Source: Promethearchaeota archaeon (GTDB lineage Archaea; Asgardarchaeota; Lokiarchaeia; Sigyniarchaeales; SOKP01). From it: DNA of 64,000 nt. Numbering within the stretch: the stretch's first letter is position 1; each line of letters opens with the position of its first letter. Positions 26,553 to 37,342 of the stretch are shown piece by piece. The stretch is taken from NCBI GenBank assembly GCA_019058445.1, contig JAHPZA010000004.1, forward strand, positions 32,001-96,000, in the 5' to 3' direction. The translations under genes and the position numbers were made by a program. The notes under the pieces are model-generated. The model searched no databases and was not told the origin of the DNA. It saw only the letters and a list, made by a program, of their open reading frames with translations.

Positions 26553-28166
26553 ATGACAGAAAAAGAGGACATATATGTCTCGCAGATGATGGATAAAATA
26601 CGAGGGTCATTGATCCTTCCTGAAAGGGCGTATTTTTTTGATACGACCCTTCGTGATGGAGAACAGACACCAGGAATTAGTTTCAATCATGAAGAAAAAT
26701 TATCAATAGCTCAAGCTTTAAATGAACTAGGGATTGATATCATTGAGGCTGGATTTCCCGTTATTTCTGAGGGAGATTTTAAAGCATGCAAAGATATTTC
26801 TAAAATGGGTTTAGATTCCGAAATAATGGGTTTAGCTCGCATAAAGAAAATCGACATTGATAAAGTTATTGAAGCAGATATGGATAGCATACACGTGTTT
26901 ATTGCAACTTCAGATCTTCACATGAAAGAAAAATTGCAGATGACACGAGAAGAAGTATTAAAGGATATAGCAGAACTAACTTCATATGCTAAGGAGCATT
27001 ATTCAACAGTTTTATTTTCAGCAGAGGATGCAACACGGTCTGACTTGGATTTTTTAATTAAAGCTAATAAAACTGCTGTTGAAAGTGGCGCTACTCGGGT
27101 AAATATACCAGATACTGTTGGTACCATAACTCCTAATGCTTTTGGTTATATCATTCGAAAAAATTATGAAGCACTACCTAAAAACATAAGAATTGCCGCT
27201 CACTGCCATAACGATTTTGGATTGGCAGTTGCAAATACTATTGCTGCGTTTGAGAATGGGGCGTCTGAGGCACAAACTACAATAATAGGATTAGGAGAAC
27301 GAGCGGGAAACGCGGCTTTCGAGGAAACAGCCATGTCTCTTTATGCTTTATATCGAATACCTATGAATATCAATACCAGAAAAATTTTTCCTACAGCAAA
27401 ATTAATAGAAAGCTATTGTGGTGGAAAGATTAAAATAGGAAGATTGCAGCCATTAATCGGCCAAAATGCGTTTGCCCATGAATCTGGCATTCATGCTCAT
27501 GGAATGATAAAACATGCGCGTGTGTATGAACCAATTACACCAGAATTGATAGGAATTCGACGCTCTGATGATGTTGAGCAAATAGTTAAAAAATCGATTA
27601 AATTAGGAAAGCATACAGGAGGGCATGCCCTTAAAGCAAAATTAGAGGATTTAGGAATTCATCCTACAGATATACAATTTAGAAAAATCTTCGATCATAT
27701 CAAAAGATTTGGAGATAAAGGGCATGAAGTAATGGAAGAAGATTTTTTAGCAATTGTAAAAGATGTTATGGGTGAACTACCCGAAGAAGAGCAATATGTA
27801 AAAATTGAGGAACTGACGGTTTTAACCGGCTCCGTTACTCCTACCAGTACCGTTAGGTTAAAGATTCGTAATAATGGAGATTATATAGAAAGAACTGAAT
27901 CTTCTATAGGCGTAGGTCCTGTTGATGCATCATGTAGAGCAATAGTTAAATGCTTTGAGCCTATGAGTAAAGTTAAGCTTTTGGAATATAATATTGATGC
28001 TGTGACTGGAGGAACTGAAGCTTTAGGACATGTTTCCATTGAGTTAATGGATTTAGAAACTAATAATATTGTAAGGGCATCTGCTGCTCATGAGGATATA
28101 GTAATGAGCTCCGTACTTGCGCTTATAAAAGGACTCAATCGTATCGTGAAAGATAAAAATCCATAA
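26553..28166 (+). CDS. leuA: 2-isopropylmalate synthase (DRE-TIM family with C-terminal regulatory domain)
   Basis: DTTLRDGEQ, HCHND, GLGERAGN, FAHESGIH, GVGPVDA. Citramalate synthase cannot be excluded from motifs alone, but the Leu leader favours LeuA. Confidence 0.82.
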   Translation: MTEKEDIYVSQMMDKIRGSLILPERAYFFDTTLRDGEQTPGISFNHEEKLSIAQALNELGIDIIEAGFPVISEGDFKACKDISKMGLDSEIMGLARIKKIDIDKVIEADMDSIHVFIATSDLHMKEKLQMTREEVLKDIAELTSYAKEHYSTVLFSAEDATRSDLDFLIKANKTAVESGATRVNIPDTVGTITPNAFGYIIRKNYEALPKNIRIAAHCHNDFGLAVANTIAAFENGASEAQTTIIGLGERAGNAAFEETAMSLYALYRIPMNINTRKIFPTAKLIESYCGGKIKIGRLQPLIGQNAFAHESGIHAHGMIKHARVYEPITPELIGIRRSDDVEQIVKKSIKLGKHTGGHALKAKLEDLGIHPTDIQFRKIFDHIKRFGDKGHEVMEEDFLAIVKDVMGELPEEEQYVKIEELTVLTGSVTPTSTVRLKIRNNGDYIERTESSIGVGPVDASCRAIVKCFEPMSKVKLLEYNIDAVTGGTEALGHVSIELMDLETNNIVRASAAHEDIVMSSVLALIKGLNRIVKDKNP

Positions 28167-28221
28167 AATACGATTTTATTTTTATTATTCTTTTTCTTTT
28201 TATTACAGTCAAATTCATAAG

Positions 28222-29406
28222 CTATTTTAAGAACTCTTCAAGAGAATTATAGACAATTTCTAAAGTATCTAAATCTGGTAAAAATGTTATTCTAAAATGA
28301 TCTTTTCCATAATTACCAAAACCAGAGCCATAAACAGTGCAAATTCCCGTCTTTTTAAGAAGATCTAACACGAATTCTTTATCATTATTCCATTGAGTAA
28401 ATTCTTTAAAATCAATTTTAGGAAATAAATAAAAAGTCCCATCAGCGTTATTACAGGTTAATCCTTCGATTTGCTTTATTCGCTTATAGGAATAATCGCG
28501 TCTCTCTCTTAATTTTTTGACCATTTCATCTGTATGAGGGCCAGGATTTCGAATAGCTTCAATAGCAGCAAATTGAGCTACAGAATTTGCACATAATCTT
28601 GCTCGAGCTAATTTTTCAATACCCTCCTTTAATTCTGCTAATTTATTTAGCTTATCATGGTAATAGATATATCCCATTCGCCACCCGGTTGCAAGATGAG
28701 CTTTTGAAAATCCATTCATTCCAATAATAGGTACGTCATTACTAAGAGAACTAGGACATACATATTCTTTTTCATAGGTTATTTGATCATAGATTTCATC
28801 AGATAAAATAGGTAAATCATATTCACCTGCTAAATCAATGATCTGTTTGATTTTATTTCTACTATATACTATTCCCGTTGGATTATTGGGAGAACAAATC
28901 AAAATGGCTTTAGTTTTATTAGTAATTTTCTTTCTCAAATCATCAATATTAGGTTCCCAATTATCACTTTCGTCAAGTTCATATTCTACTGGAATCCCAT
29001 CAAAAAATTTGGAATAATTAATATAAACTGGATAGGACGGACCAGGGATAAGAAATTCATTATTATTATCTAATAATCCGGCCATAACAAAAAAAATACC
29101 TTCTGTGACTCCAGATGTAATTAAAACATCGTCCGGCTTAAGATCTATGTCATTTTTATTATTTTCATATTTACATATCGCTTCGCGTAGCTCCCTCACA
29201 CCTAAACTATCAACATAATAATTTTGTCCAGCAAAGGTAGCATCCGCAGATGCTTGTGAAATATATTCTGGAGTTTTAAAGTCATATATAACTGGATCTC
29301 CAATATTTAAGTGATATATTTTTTGACCTGTTTTTTTCAGTTCATTCGCGACTGCTGCTACATCTCTTATTGCGTATTCGAGATCTCTTAACCTCCTAGT
29401 AACCAT
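28222..29406 (-). CDS. Class I/II PLP-dependent aminotransferase (alanine/aspartate type)
   Basis: LNIGDP, SPNNPTG, SDEIY, GFSKAHLATGWRMG. Confidence 0.93.
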   Translation of the reverse strand: MVTRRLRDLEYAIRDVAAVANELKKTGQKIYHLNIGDPVIYDFKTPEYISQASADATFAGQNYYVDSLGVRELREAICKYENNKNDIDLKPDDVLITSGVTEGIFFVMAGLLDNNNEFLIPGPSYPVYINYSKFFDGIPVEYELDESDNWEPNIDDLRKKITNKTKAILICSPNNPTGIVYSRNKIKQIIDLAGEYDLPILSDEIYDQITYEKEYVCPSSLSNDVPIIGMNGFSKAHLATGWRMGYIYYHDKLNKLAELKEGIEKLARARLCANSVAQFAAIEAIRNPGPHTDEMVKKLRERRDYSYKRIKQIEGLTCNNADGTFYLFPKIDFKEFTQWNNDKEFVLDLLKKTGICTVYGSGFGNYGKDHFRITFLPDLDTLEIVYNSLEEFLK

Positions 29407-29561
29407 CGCATTTCACAGACTATTACGTGTGTATTATAAATTTATGAATAGGGTTTTTTGTATTAGAATAATGTAGAATTTTAATATCTTTTCAAAACAT
29501 AAAATTAAATGATTGAATTTTCATTAATTACAAAAAACCTAATTATGAGGTTCATAACTCT

Positions 29562-32500
29562 TTGACAATCATTGAAGGAAAAACAGCATACCCTTATATC
29601 ACCGAATTTAAAAAGGAGCCATTTAAATCATTCGCTTTTATTAAAAGAAGGGACATAGGCAATTTCTTTTTGAGTTCTTATGATAAAGCCATTCATTTTT
29701 ATCGCCATTTTAATGATAATCTATTAAAACATCCAGATTTGAACCTTGAAAATATTTATTGGTTTCTTTTGTTAAGAAAGTATTTAAAGGAAGATAAAGA
29801 GACAAAAAGCAATGAAATTTATGATTTTATAAAGAAATGCATCGTCCATGTTGATAATAAGCTTGGATTTAGATTTTCTCCGAATTCGAAAAATTACCCC
29901 GATATTTGGTCTACTTATTTTGCCTTAGCGAGTCTAAAACTATTAGGGATATTAAACGAATTCTTATCAGCTGAAGGAACAGACCAAAATATAAGAGAGA
30001 TAATGAATTTTATTTTGTCTCATAAAAAAGGGAATTTATTTGTCCATTGTCTAAATGCAGATTGTAAAATCGATAAGAAAACTTCTTCAACAAGAACTTT
30101 ATATTTTGTGTTAGAATCTTTAATATTATTAGGGATGAATATAAGTGCGAGTAGGGATAAATTTACATCCTATTTAGGCAGTTTAAAAAAAGATCCCTCC
30201 GTAGTCTACAGGTTATTATGCCTTAAGTTTTTAGATTTAGAACATGATGTTGATGAAAAAATACTTCAATACCTCTATCAATTCCAAAAGGAAAATGGAG
30301 GTTTTAGCTTTAAAAAAATTAACGGAGATTTAAATACTTCATTTTGGCTGGTATATGCATTAGATAATTATTATTGGCTGTTAGATTATAATCCCGTAGG
30401 AATTTACTCCTTTCTAAATTCTACCTTAAATGATATTTTAAGCTCGGAATCGAATAGAACTATTATTAAATTAATGGAGCTTTCAAAATCTATTATCCTC
30501 CTTTCAATAATTTGGAAGAAATTCATAGATGAGATAGAAAGAGTTATATTTAAGCAATTAGAACAAGAAGAGCATTATGTGGATTTATATTTAATCACTT
30601 CTAAATTTGGGTTAATTCATGGAATTGATGAGGTAATCTCATATATTAATTTAAACTATACTTTTAAACTAAGAATCTTAGATAATAAAATAGAATTTAA
30701 TAATTTTATGCGGAACTTAAGTAACAGTCAAAATACTATAGTTTCTGAAATTTATAACCAATTGAGGCAAAAAAATATTGTATCCCTTAGTGAAATTCAT
30801 AAAAAATATAAAAGATCTTTCAAATTAAAGGAAGACATTTTTCCCTTAGTTAAAGAATTAATGAATAGAAATTTCTTTAAGGGGAAGATTGTCAAGAAGA
30901 GGTTTAATAAGTTTTATCTATATTTAGATTTTTTCATTGAAAAAGTAATAGTTTCCGATACTGAAATTAACTTAAGCCAAATATTAAATGAAAAGGAGAC
31001 TCTGAAGGATATTAAAAATGATATTTACAATATGACTTTAAAACTTAGAAACACATCTAGACGTATAAAAGTAGAAATTGAATCTTACCTAATAATTGAT
31101 GAGATAGATTATGCTAAAGAAAGACTGAAATTTATTCTACGAAATGCCTTAATGGACGCTGATTTTCTTAATGAAAATATTGAAAATTCCTTTAATTTAG
31201 ATTTATATTATATCAATATTCATAGTGTTTTAAAAAATGAAATTTCTAACTGGTATAAAATTTATTCAGTTTTAAGCAAGCGTCTAAGTGAAATTGATTC
31301 ATATCTTAAAGAAAAAATTGCCGAAAAAGAAGAACTTCGAAACTTAAATAAAACATTAGATCAATTAGATGAAAAGATTTTTAATTTTAGCCAATCTATT
31401 AGTAGAAAAATCGACGAATTCCGAATTAACTTAAGAGAATTTAATGAAGTTGAATATATCGATTCTGGTTATTCTGAATTAATTAAAAATTTTGAGGAAA
31501 TAAGAACAAATACTCAAGAATTCGATAAGAAAATCTATGAAATCTCTCAAAAAATAGTATCAAAAGACGAATTTATCACTGAAAAAAGAAAAAAGGTGAT
31601 AAACAATTGGCTAGGCATTAATGAAGAGCTAACTGAAATATTTAATTATTATCTGAGCGGTTTTAACTTTTTCAAAGAGAATTTAGATAAGTTAAATATC
31701 ATGAGAAATGATATTAAAGGAAAATTATTAAATATCACTGAACAAACACAACTAAGAGTAAAAGAAAATCGATTTCAAGAAGCATTTGACTTGATAAAAA
31801 AAGAAACCGACGATCTTTTAAATGTAATAAAGGAAAAGATCGATAACTATCAAAAGACTATTAAGGATGAACTCGAGAATAGGCAGAAATTATATCTCCT
31901 TTTTAGAATGTTAAATAAAATGTCGGAAAATCTCGAGGAGGATATAATAGAATCTATCTCAGAACAAGTTCAATTTCTCAAAAACAAAGTCATCAAAGAA
32001 AGAAATAAAGCAAAAATTGAAGATTTTGACTTTTTCGTTTCTAATGCGATCCTAAATTTTAAAAGTGACCTTATTGACTTAAAGAAAAGTTTAGATCTTT
32101 CAAAAGATAAAAAGCTTAAAGACGTTATAAGGGGATTTGATCACCTTAGAAACAGTTTTGATGAAGCGCATAAAAAATATTTAAAAAAATTAAATATATG
32201 TAAAGAGATTATAAGCAATTTTGATAAGTCAAACGTCACCATTGTTCATTGGAATAACTTTTATGATTATTTTACGCAAGAACTAAATATTCAACAAGAT
32301 GAATGTGTTAATAGTATCATTACCGATAGAATTTCCTTCTTGATTAACGAGCATAGAACTAATAATGTTAATATCATGGATTTGAAAAAGGAATTAGACT
32401 TAAAATGTAAAGTTCTGATGAACCGCATTAAAGACTTAATTGAAATTTCTAAAATTAACGGTAAATTATACGAGGATGAGAAATGCTTATTAGTTTATAC

Positions 32501-33956
32501 TGATGATTATTATAAGAATAAGGAATTAAAAAATTACATTGATAGTAAACTTTTAAAACAACATAAATCTATAATAGGGAAAATTTTAGCTCTTTATGAT
32601 AGTTCTATTAGGAATAGAACAATAAGCATAAATATGTTAGAATTACAGAACCGGATTAATGATTTGAATAATATGGATGAGGTAATCCGTTCAGAGTTTA
32701 ATAAAAAAATAAATGAGCTTCAAATTCAAAGTGAAAGTCGCATAGAGTATAAAGAGACTCAAAAATACTTTGAGTCTGTAATAGCAAATAGTAATTTAGC
32801 TGCCGAGACAATTTCTAGCAATTTACAACTATTCAATAATATGCAGAATTTTGTTGATCAAATATACAATGATCTTCGAAATGACTTGTTGACGTATTAC
32901 AAAATAATCATGGATGAGTTTAAAAAACCGCAGGAAAAATCGTATGCAAAAATCAAAGAAAACTTTGATAATAAATGGAAAAAATTGGAAGCTAAATTAA
33001 CGCTCGTTCAAGAGAAAATTGACGAGGAATTGGATACAAAATTCGACCACGTTAAAGATTCAAATAAATTAATACCCGAAATAAGAGAATTTTCAGTAAG
33101 GAAGAAAAATATATTCTTAAAAGATTTACAAAATAAAAATGATAAAATTTATGATGAATTGATTATTTTGAAGGATGAAGTCTTTCGGGAAAATTTAATA
33201 GGCAATATTAATAACCAAAAAATTCAAATGAGTCGCTTGCTTGGAACACTTCAAGCACGAGTGGAAGAAGATATAGAAATTAAAGAATTTAAAAGAGCGA
33301 ATTTTAAAATCCAAAAAAGAGCTAAAGAAATTGAAAGAAAAATTAAGACCGTAAAGAAAAAGGTCAATAACATCGTCAAGGATTATAATAGGCAATCATT
33401 CAATTTTGAGACAAAAAATAAATACATCTTAGACGATTTCAATAAATTCTTGGATGGATTTCATGAAATTTTAAATGAAAAAGTAAAATCACTTGAGCAA
33501 TCGATATTAAAAGAATATTGTCTAATGTTAATAAAAGCAGTTTCAAACCAATATCTTACAATTGGGTTTTTAAATAATGAATTAAAGATGAAACGATCAA
33601 ATATTCAAGACAATCTAATAAATCTAATAAGTTCCGGGGATTTAAAGGGAAAATATGATCCCCGCTTAGGGATCTATTATGAGAATCCAAAGATCTTAGA
33701 AAATCTAAACGAGGATGAATTAGAAGTTATAAAAAGTATGAATTTTAGATTTTATGTAGTATATCGACGATTAAAAAGTTTTTCAAGCTTATATGGTTCA
33801 ATAATAGGATTATTTGCGTCGATACTGGCAATAACATATTGGGTATATATTTTTAGTGGAAACAATCCCGCTGTTGCAGCTATACCTATTTCCATTTTAT
33901 TATTGATAATTGTCTATTTCATGTTTAAACGGGGTAAAGAAGAGACCATTAAATAA
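29562..33956 (+). CDS. Large protein: prenyltransferase-like helical N-terminus, long coiled coils, PCI/winged-helix-like repeats, two C-terminal TMs
   Basis: PDIWSTYFALASL and QKENGGF repeats. Heptad-rich middle. Three 'L...l..li....kGKi/l/y' segments. Hydrophobic hairpin at the C-terminus. Confidence 0.65.
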   Translation: MTIIEGKTAYPYITEFKKEPFKSFAFIKRRDIGNFFLSSYDKAIHFYRHFNDNLLKHPDLNLENIYWFLLLRKYLKEDKETKSNEIYDFIKKCIVHVDNKLGFRFSPNSKNYPDIWSTYFALASLKLLGILNEFLSAEGTDQNIREIMNFILSHKKGNLFVHCLNADCKIDKKTSSTRTLYFVLESLILLGMNISASRDKFTSYLGSLKKDPSVVYRLLCLKFLDLEHDVDEKILQYLYQFQKENGGFSFKKINGDLNTSFWLVYALDNYYWLLDYNPVGIYSFLNSTLNDILSSESNRTIIKLMELSKSIILLSIIWKKFIDEIERVIFKQLEQEEHYVDLYLITSKFGLIHGIDEVISYINLNYTFKLRILDNKIEFNNFMRNLSNSQNTIVSEIYNQLRQKNIVSLSEIHKKYKRSFKLKEDIFPLVKELMNRNFFKGKIVKKRFNKFYLYLDFFIEKVIVSDTEINLSQILNEKETLKDIKNDIYNMTLKLRNTSRRIKVEIESYLIIDEIDYAKERLKFILRNALMDADFLNENIENSFNLDLYYINIHSVLKNEISNWYKIYSVLSKRLSEIDSYLKEKIAEKEELRNLNKTLDQLDEKIFNFSQSISRKIDEFRINLREFNEVEYIDSGYSELIKNFEEIRTNTQEFDKKIYEISQKIVSKDEFITEKRKKVINNWLGINEELTEIFNYYLSGFNFFKENLDKLNIMRNDIKGKLLNITEQTQLRVKENRFQEAFDLIKKETDDLLNVIKEKIDNYQKTIKDELENRQKLYLLFRMLNKMSENLEEDIIESISEQVQFLKNKVIKERNKAKIEDFDFFVSNAILNFKSDLIDLKKSLDLSKDKKLKDVIRGFDHLRNSFDEAHKKYLKKLNICKEIISNFDKSNVTIVHWNNFYDYFTQELNIQQDECVNSIITDRISFLINEHRTNNVNIMDLKKELDLKCKVLMNRIKDLIEISKINGKLYEDEKCLLVYTDDYYKNKELKNYIDSKLLKQHKSIIGKILALYDSSIRNRTISINMLELQNRINDLNNMDEVIRSEFNKKINELQIQSESRIEYKETQKYFESVIANSNLAAETISSNLQLFNNMQNFVDQIYNDLRNDLLTYYKIIMDEFKKPQEKSYAKIKENFDNKWKKLEAKLTLVQEKIDEELDTKFDHVKDSNKLIPEIREFSVRKKNIFLKDLQNKNDKIYDELIILKDEVFRENLIGNINNQKIQMSRLLGTLQARVEEDIEIKEFKRANFKIQKRAKEIERKIKTVKKKVNNIVKDYNRQSFNFETKNKYILDDFNKFLDGFHEILNEKVKSLEQSILKEYCLMLIKAVSNQYLTIGFLNNELKMKRSNIQDNLINLISSGDLKGKYDPRLGIYYENPKILENLNEDELEVIKSMNFRFYVVYRRLKSFSSLYGSIIGLFASILAITYWVYIFSGNNPAVAAIPISILLLIIVYFMFKRGKEETIK

Positions 33957-34026
33957 TAACGCCCATAGTCTATAAAAATAAAGAAAAAAAATAGTTGTTT
34001 TAATGGGAAGTAAATATAAATTCATC

Positions 34027-34986
34027 TTAATATGCGATTAAATCTTCTGGAAATAAAGTTACTGGACGCCATTCAATATTACTCTTCCTTATTATTGATG
34101 GTCGAACAGATTCTATAAAGGTGTACCCTTTCCTACTCCTTACAATATTTATTTTTATATCTAAAGGACCAATAACATTACCTGGAAATAAATTTTGGTA
34201 ATTCATCAGAAAGTTTCGAAGAGCTGCAACTTTAACAGTTGTTTTAATTGGAATCCCGTGATATAGGATTCCAATTTGATTATTAGTACCTGTAATTTTA
34301 CATCCTTCCGATTCGTAGTCCAATTCTACTTGAATATATTTTCGGTCTCGTTCAATAATCTCTAATGTTTTATTACAATAAGGGCATGTTTTTTGATTAA
34401 AATCATCTCTTTGTAAAATCCAATCATAAGTAAATCGGAGTAACATTGCATCACATGATTTACACGCCTTAACTTTCCGGCTGCTTGATAACTTAACTTT
34501 TTTACCAGGAGTCCCTAAAATTAAATCAAGATAATAATGAGTATCATTAATAGGGGTTACTCCGGGCGGGGGTCCACTTGAATGCCCATATCGATGATAA
34601 CTATAATAATTTGATTGGGATTGAGGTTGATATTGAATGGCCTTTTCTTGAGCGAATATTTTTACTGATGAAAAATAGCCAATACCACCGGTCTGAATTA
34701 AATTCATAGTATCCACTAAACCTTCTTTGTAAAGAACAACTTCATTCAAATCTCTGGCTTTCGTTCGATTTTTGGAGTAGGTATGCTCTACTTTAAGGAG
34801 AGGAACGGGTTCCCCTTCACTAGTACAAATTATAGCCTTATAGTAAGCACTCTCCATACTTCGCTCTGAACCAAAAATCTTTAAATATACTTCTGATATA
34901 ATATTTTTATCATTCAGAGGGGATTTATTATCAATAATATGGGAAAGTGGGATGACTTTTTCGTCTATTCCTTTTTTTTTTGCCAT
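34027..34986 (-). CDS. Hypothetical zinc-ribbon protein
   Basis: CKSC...CPYC. ATG 34986 (MAKKKG) has GGAG upstream and is preferred over TTG 35100. Ends IEWRPVTLFPEDLIAY. Confidence 0.65.
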   Translation of the reverse strand: MAKKKGIDEKVIPLSHIIDNKSPLNDKNIISEVYLKIFGSERSMESAYYKAIICTSEGEPVPLLKVEHTYSKNRTKARDLNEVVLYKEGLVDTMNLIQTGGIGYFSSVKIFAQEKAIQYQPQSQSNYYSYHRYGHSSGPPPGVTPINDTHYYLDLILGTPGKKVKLSSSRKVKACKSCDAMLLRFTYDWILQRDDFNQKTCPYCNKTLEIIERDRKYIQVELDYESEGCKITGTNNQIGILYHGIPIKTTVKVAALRNFLMNYQNLFPGNVIGPLDIKINIVRSRKGYTFIESVRPSIIRKSNIEWRPVTLFPEDLIAY

Positions 34987-35274
34987 CTTTTTTATTGCTC
35001 CATATGTTTTGACATTGTTTTTAATTTTAAATCTAACAGATTTAGCTGCTAGGAAGTTCCTATTTTGGAATTGAAAATAAGTATATGAAGTCAATTTCAA
35101 AATTTTTGTCTGATAGCAATATTAGGCTTAACTTTAAAAATCCCTACAAATTCCCTTATTAAAATTTTCTTCTTAAAAAAAACTCTGGATTTATAAATAA
35201 AAAATTGGACATCTTATACAGTAAAAAATTTTTAGGAAAATTTCGATTACTTTAACCTTTTCAAGGTTTTTTAT

Positions 35275-35793
35275 ATGACAAAAATTCAATTTGATGAAAG
35301 ACTAAGTCAATTTCAAAGAGATTTAATGAATGCAATCCAGCATTCAAATTTAGCCCCAAAGATCCATAAAGCTATCAATATGCTTCGCCGTGAAAAGAAT
35401 CTCCTATATATTGAGAAAACAGAAGGAAATCTAAAAGCAGTAGTAAAATCTCAGACAAATCCGAAAAAATTAGAGTATGCCTGCTCAATAAAGGCAGATG
35501 GAACCTTTTTCTGCGGAACTCAGAATCTCCGTCCATGCGGAGGGTTAAGAGGATCAATATGTAAACATATCATATTGACTTTAATAGCAACAGTGAAACA
35601 AGGATATATGCCAAATTACGAGCTTATTGATTGGGTGAAAAAAACCATAAATAATCGTCCCAAATTAAACAAACCAGAAGCAACCTCAATTTTTTTGCAT
35701 TATAAAGATACAATTAATGGAAATTTGAATGCTGTAAATCAAATCGAATGGCGACCAGTAGAGATTCTGCCAGAAGATTTTATGGCTCTATAG
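35275..35793 (+). CDS. SWIM-type zinc-finger protein
   Basis: C-x7-C-x7-CKH motif preceded by 'VKSQT...Y'. Ends IEWRPVEILPEDFMAL. Confidence 0.75.
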   Translation: MTKIQFDERLSQFQRDLMNAIQHSNLAPKIHKAINMLRREKNLLYIEKTEGNLKAVVKSQTNPKKLEYACSIKADGTFFCGTQNLRPCGGLRGSICKHIILTLIATVKQGYMPNYELIDWVKKTINNRPKLNKPEATSIFLHYKDTINGNLNAVNQIEWRPVEILPEDFMAL

Positions 35794-35799
35794 AGGGGA

Positions 35800-36153
35800 T
35801 TGAAAATAGCCACAGAGAAAAGTGATAATAAAATCTTCAATTTATTTGATATTGTTAAAAGTAGGATAAACGAGATATTATTGAAAGGGATTGGCAATAT
35901 TAGTAAGGAAAATTATTCAGAAATAATAGATCTTAGAGATAAAGTGTATAAAATGAATTTAAATCTCATGGGGGATCTATTGGAGCGTTTTGTATCACTT
36001 TTAGGGCAATTAAGTCAAGAAAAGCAGAATCATGAACTTAAAGTTGACGCCTCGATTACTGCCATAAAAATAATATCGACTGCGAGAATGTTTGAAACCG
36101 TTATGAATGTTGAGATTATTAAAACAAATTTACATTCTGGAGGTGATTCTTGA
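35800..36153 (+). CDS. Hypothetical protein of the MoxR/VWA operon
   Basis: GAGGGG RBS followed by TTG. Tightly coupled to its neighbours. Confidence 0.65.
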   Translation: MKIATEKSDNKIFNLFDIVKSRINEILLKGIGNISKENYSEIIDLRDKVYKMNLNLMGDLLERFVSLLGQLSQEKQNHELKVDASITAIKIISTARMFETVMNVEIIKTNLHSGGDS

Positions 36154-36154
36154 G

Positions 36155-37291
36155 ATGACTTCTGTTATATTGAAGAATACGGTAAACCAGATAAAAATTT
36201 TTATAGAAACTATGGTCTACAACGGATTAGACCTCGCAACAAAAGAAAATATTAGACAAATAGAGTTTTTTTTACAAAATTCGTCTCAAGTTGAAACATA
36301 TCGTTTGGCTATATCATTACGCTATTTACATGTTGAAATAAAAAGATTTCTCGAACAAAATCAAGCCTTTAGCATGGAGAGGTATGTGTTTTTTTTGTGT
36401 AATTGTTGGTTATTAAGTAGAGCATTTTTATCTCAAGAACTTGATAATAAAGGTGAAAATAAAGAATTAATGCAAATATTATCAGGAAAGCCTTCCCAGA
36501 AAAAGATACTAAAACCACTTAAGCTAAGAATAGTAGGTCTTGAAAAAGTCTTTTTGGAGGGATCATTATTCGGGATAATTTTATATCTCGTATCTCTTAA
36601 AGCTAAAACAAGATCTTCAATTTTCAAGTGGAGCATAATGCAAACCCCAAAGGGAAAGATCGATCCAGAATCTTTGTTAAGAATGGCGATTTCTGAGAAT
36701 AAAATCAAAATCTTAGACCTACTTTATAAAGAATTTTACGCATTGAATTTAGCTTATTCAGAAGAGGAAATGCTAATCCATGAAATTAAAAAAATACCCC
36801 CTTGCTTTAGTTCTAATGAAAAAGATCCTTTTCCTATTAAAAGGTTAGAAAAATATCATTACAATGTTGAGAATCTATTTAGTCTGATTATGAAAATTCA
36901 ATTGACTCCTTTTGATTTACCAACGAGATTTTTAAGTTATTTATTAATTAAAAATGTAGAGATCGTGGACTTTTTTAAAGAGGTTGATGACGGAAGAAAT
37001 AATAGAATTCCTGTTTATGTCTTTAAAATTTCTCATGATAGCAATTATCCTTTATTTATTAGAATTCAAGAAAAATCCTGTAATCAAGTACTTATTTCCA
37101 ATCTTCAAAATTTTAAAGATAAAAAAGAAAAAATTAAAAATTTGTTTGGGAAATTGTTGATAGAACGAGGACAATTATCAATTTTCCCGTTAAGTGTTTA
37201 TAATGATTCTGAGGTTTTTATTTGCCTTTCTGAAAAATTTCCTAAACCAAGGCAAGAATATAAAGTATTATATAAGAAAGATAAGTCTTAA
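36155..37291 (+). CDS. Hypothetical protein of the MoxR/VWA operon
   Basis: ATG 36155 follows GGAGGTGA. Long ORF within the operon. Confidence 0.7.
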   Translation: MTSVILKNTVNQIKIFIETMVYNGLDLATKENIRQIEFFLQNSSQVETYRLAISLRYLHVEIKRFLEQNQAFSMERYVFFLCNCWLLSRAFLSQELDNKGENKELMQILSGKPSQKKILKPLKLRIVGLEKVFLEGSLFGIILYLVSLKAKTRSSIFKWSIMQTPKGKIDPESLLRMAISENKIKILDLLYKEFYALNLAYSEEEMLIHEIKKIPPCFSSNEKDPFPIKRLEKYHYNVENLFSLIMKIQLTPFDLPTRFLSYLLIKNVEIVDFFKEVDDGRNNRIPVYVFKISHDSNYPLFIRIQEKSCNQVLISNLQNFKDKKEKIKNLFGKLLIERGQLSIFPLSVYNDSEVFICLSEKFPKPRQEYKVLYKKDKS

Positions 37292-37342
37292 TTTTAAACT
37301 TTTAAAAAACAATTTTAAAAAATTAAAGAAATTGAGTGAACT

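Noticed and set aside
34987-35100. 38-codon N-terminal extension of the 34027 ORF
   Set aside because: It looks like promoter DNA. ATG 34986 has a GGAG upstream.
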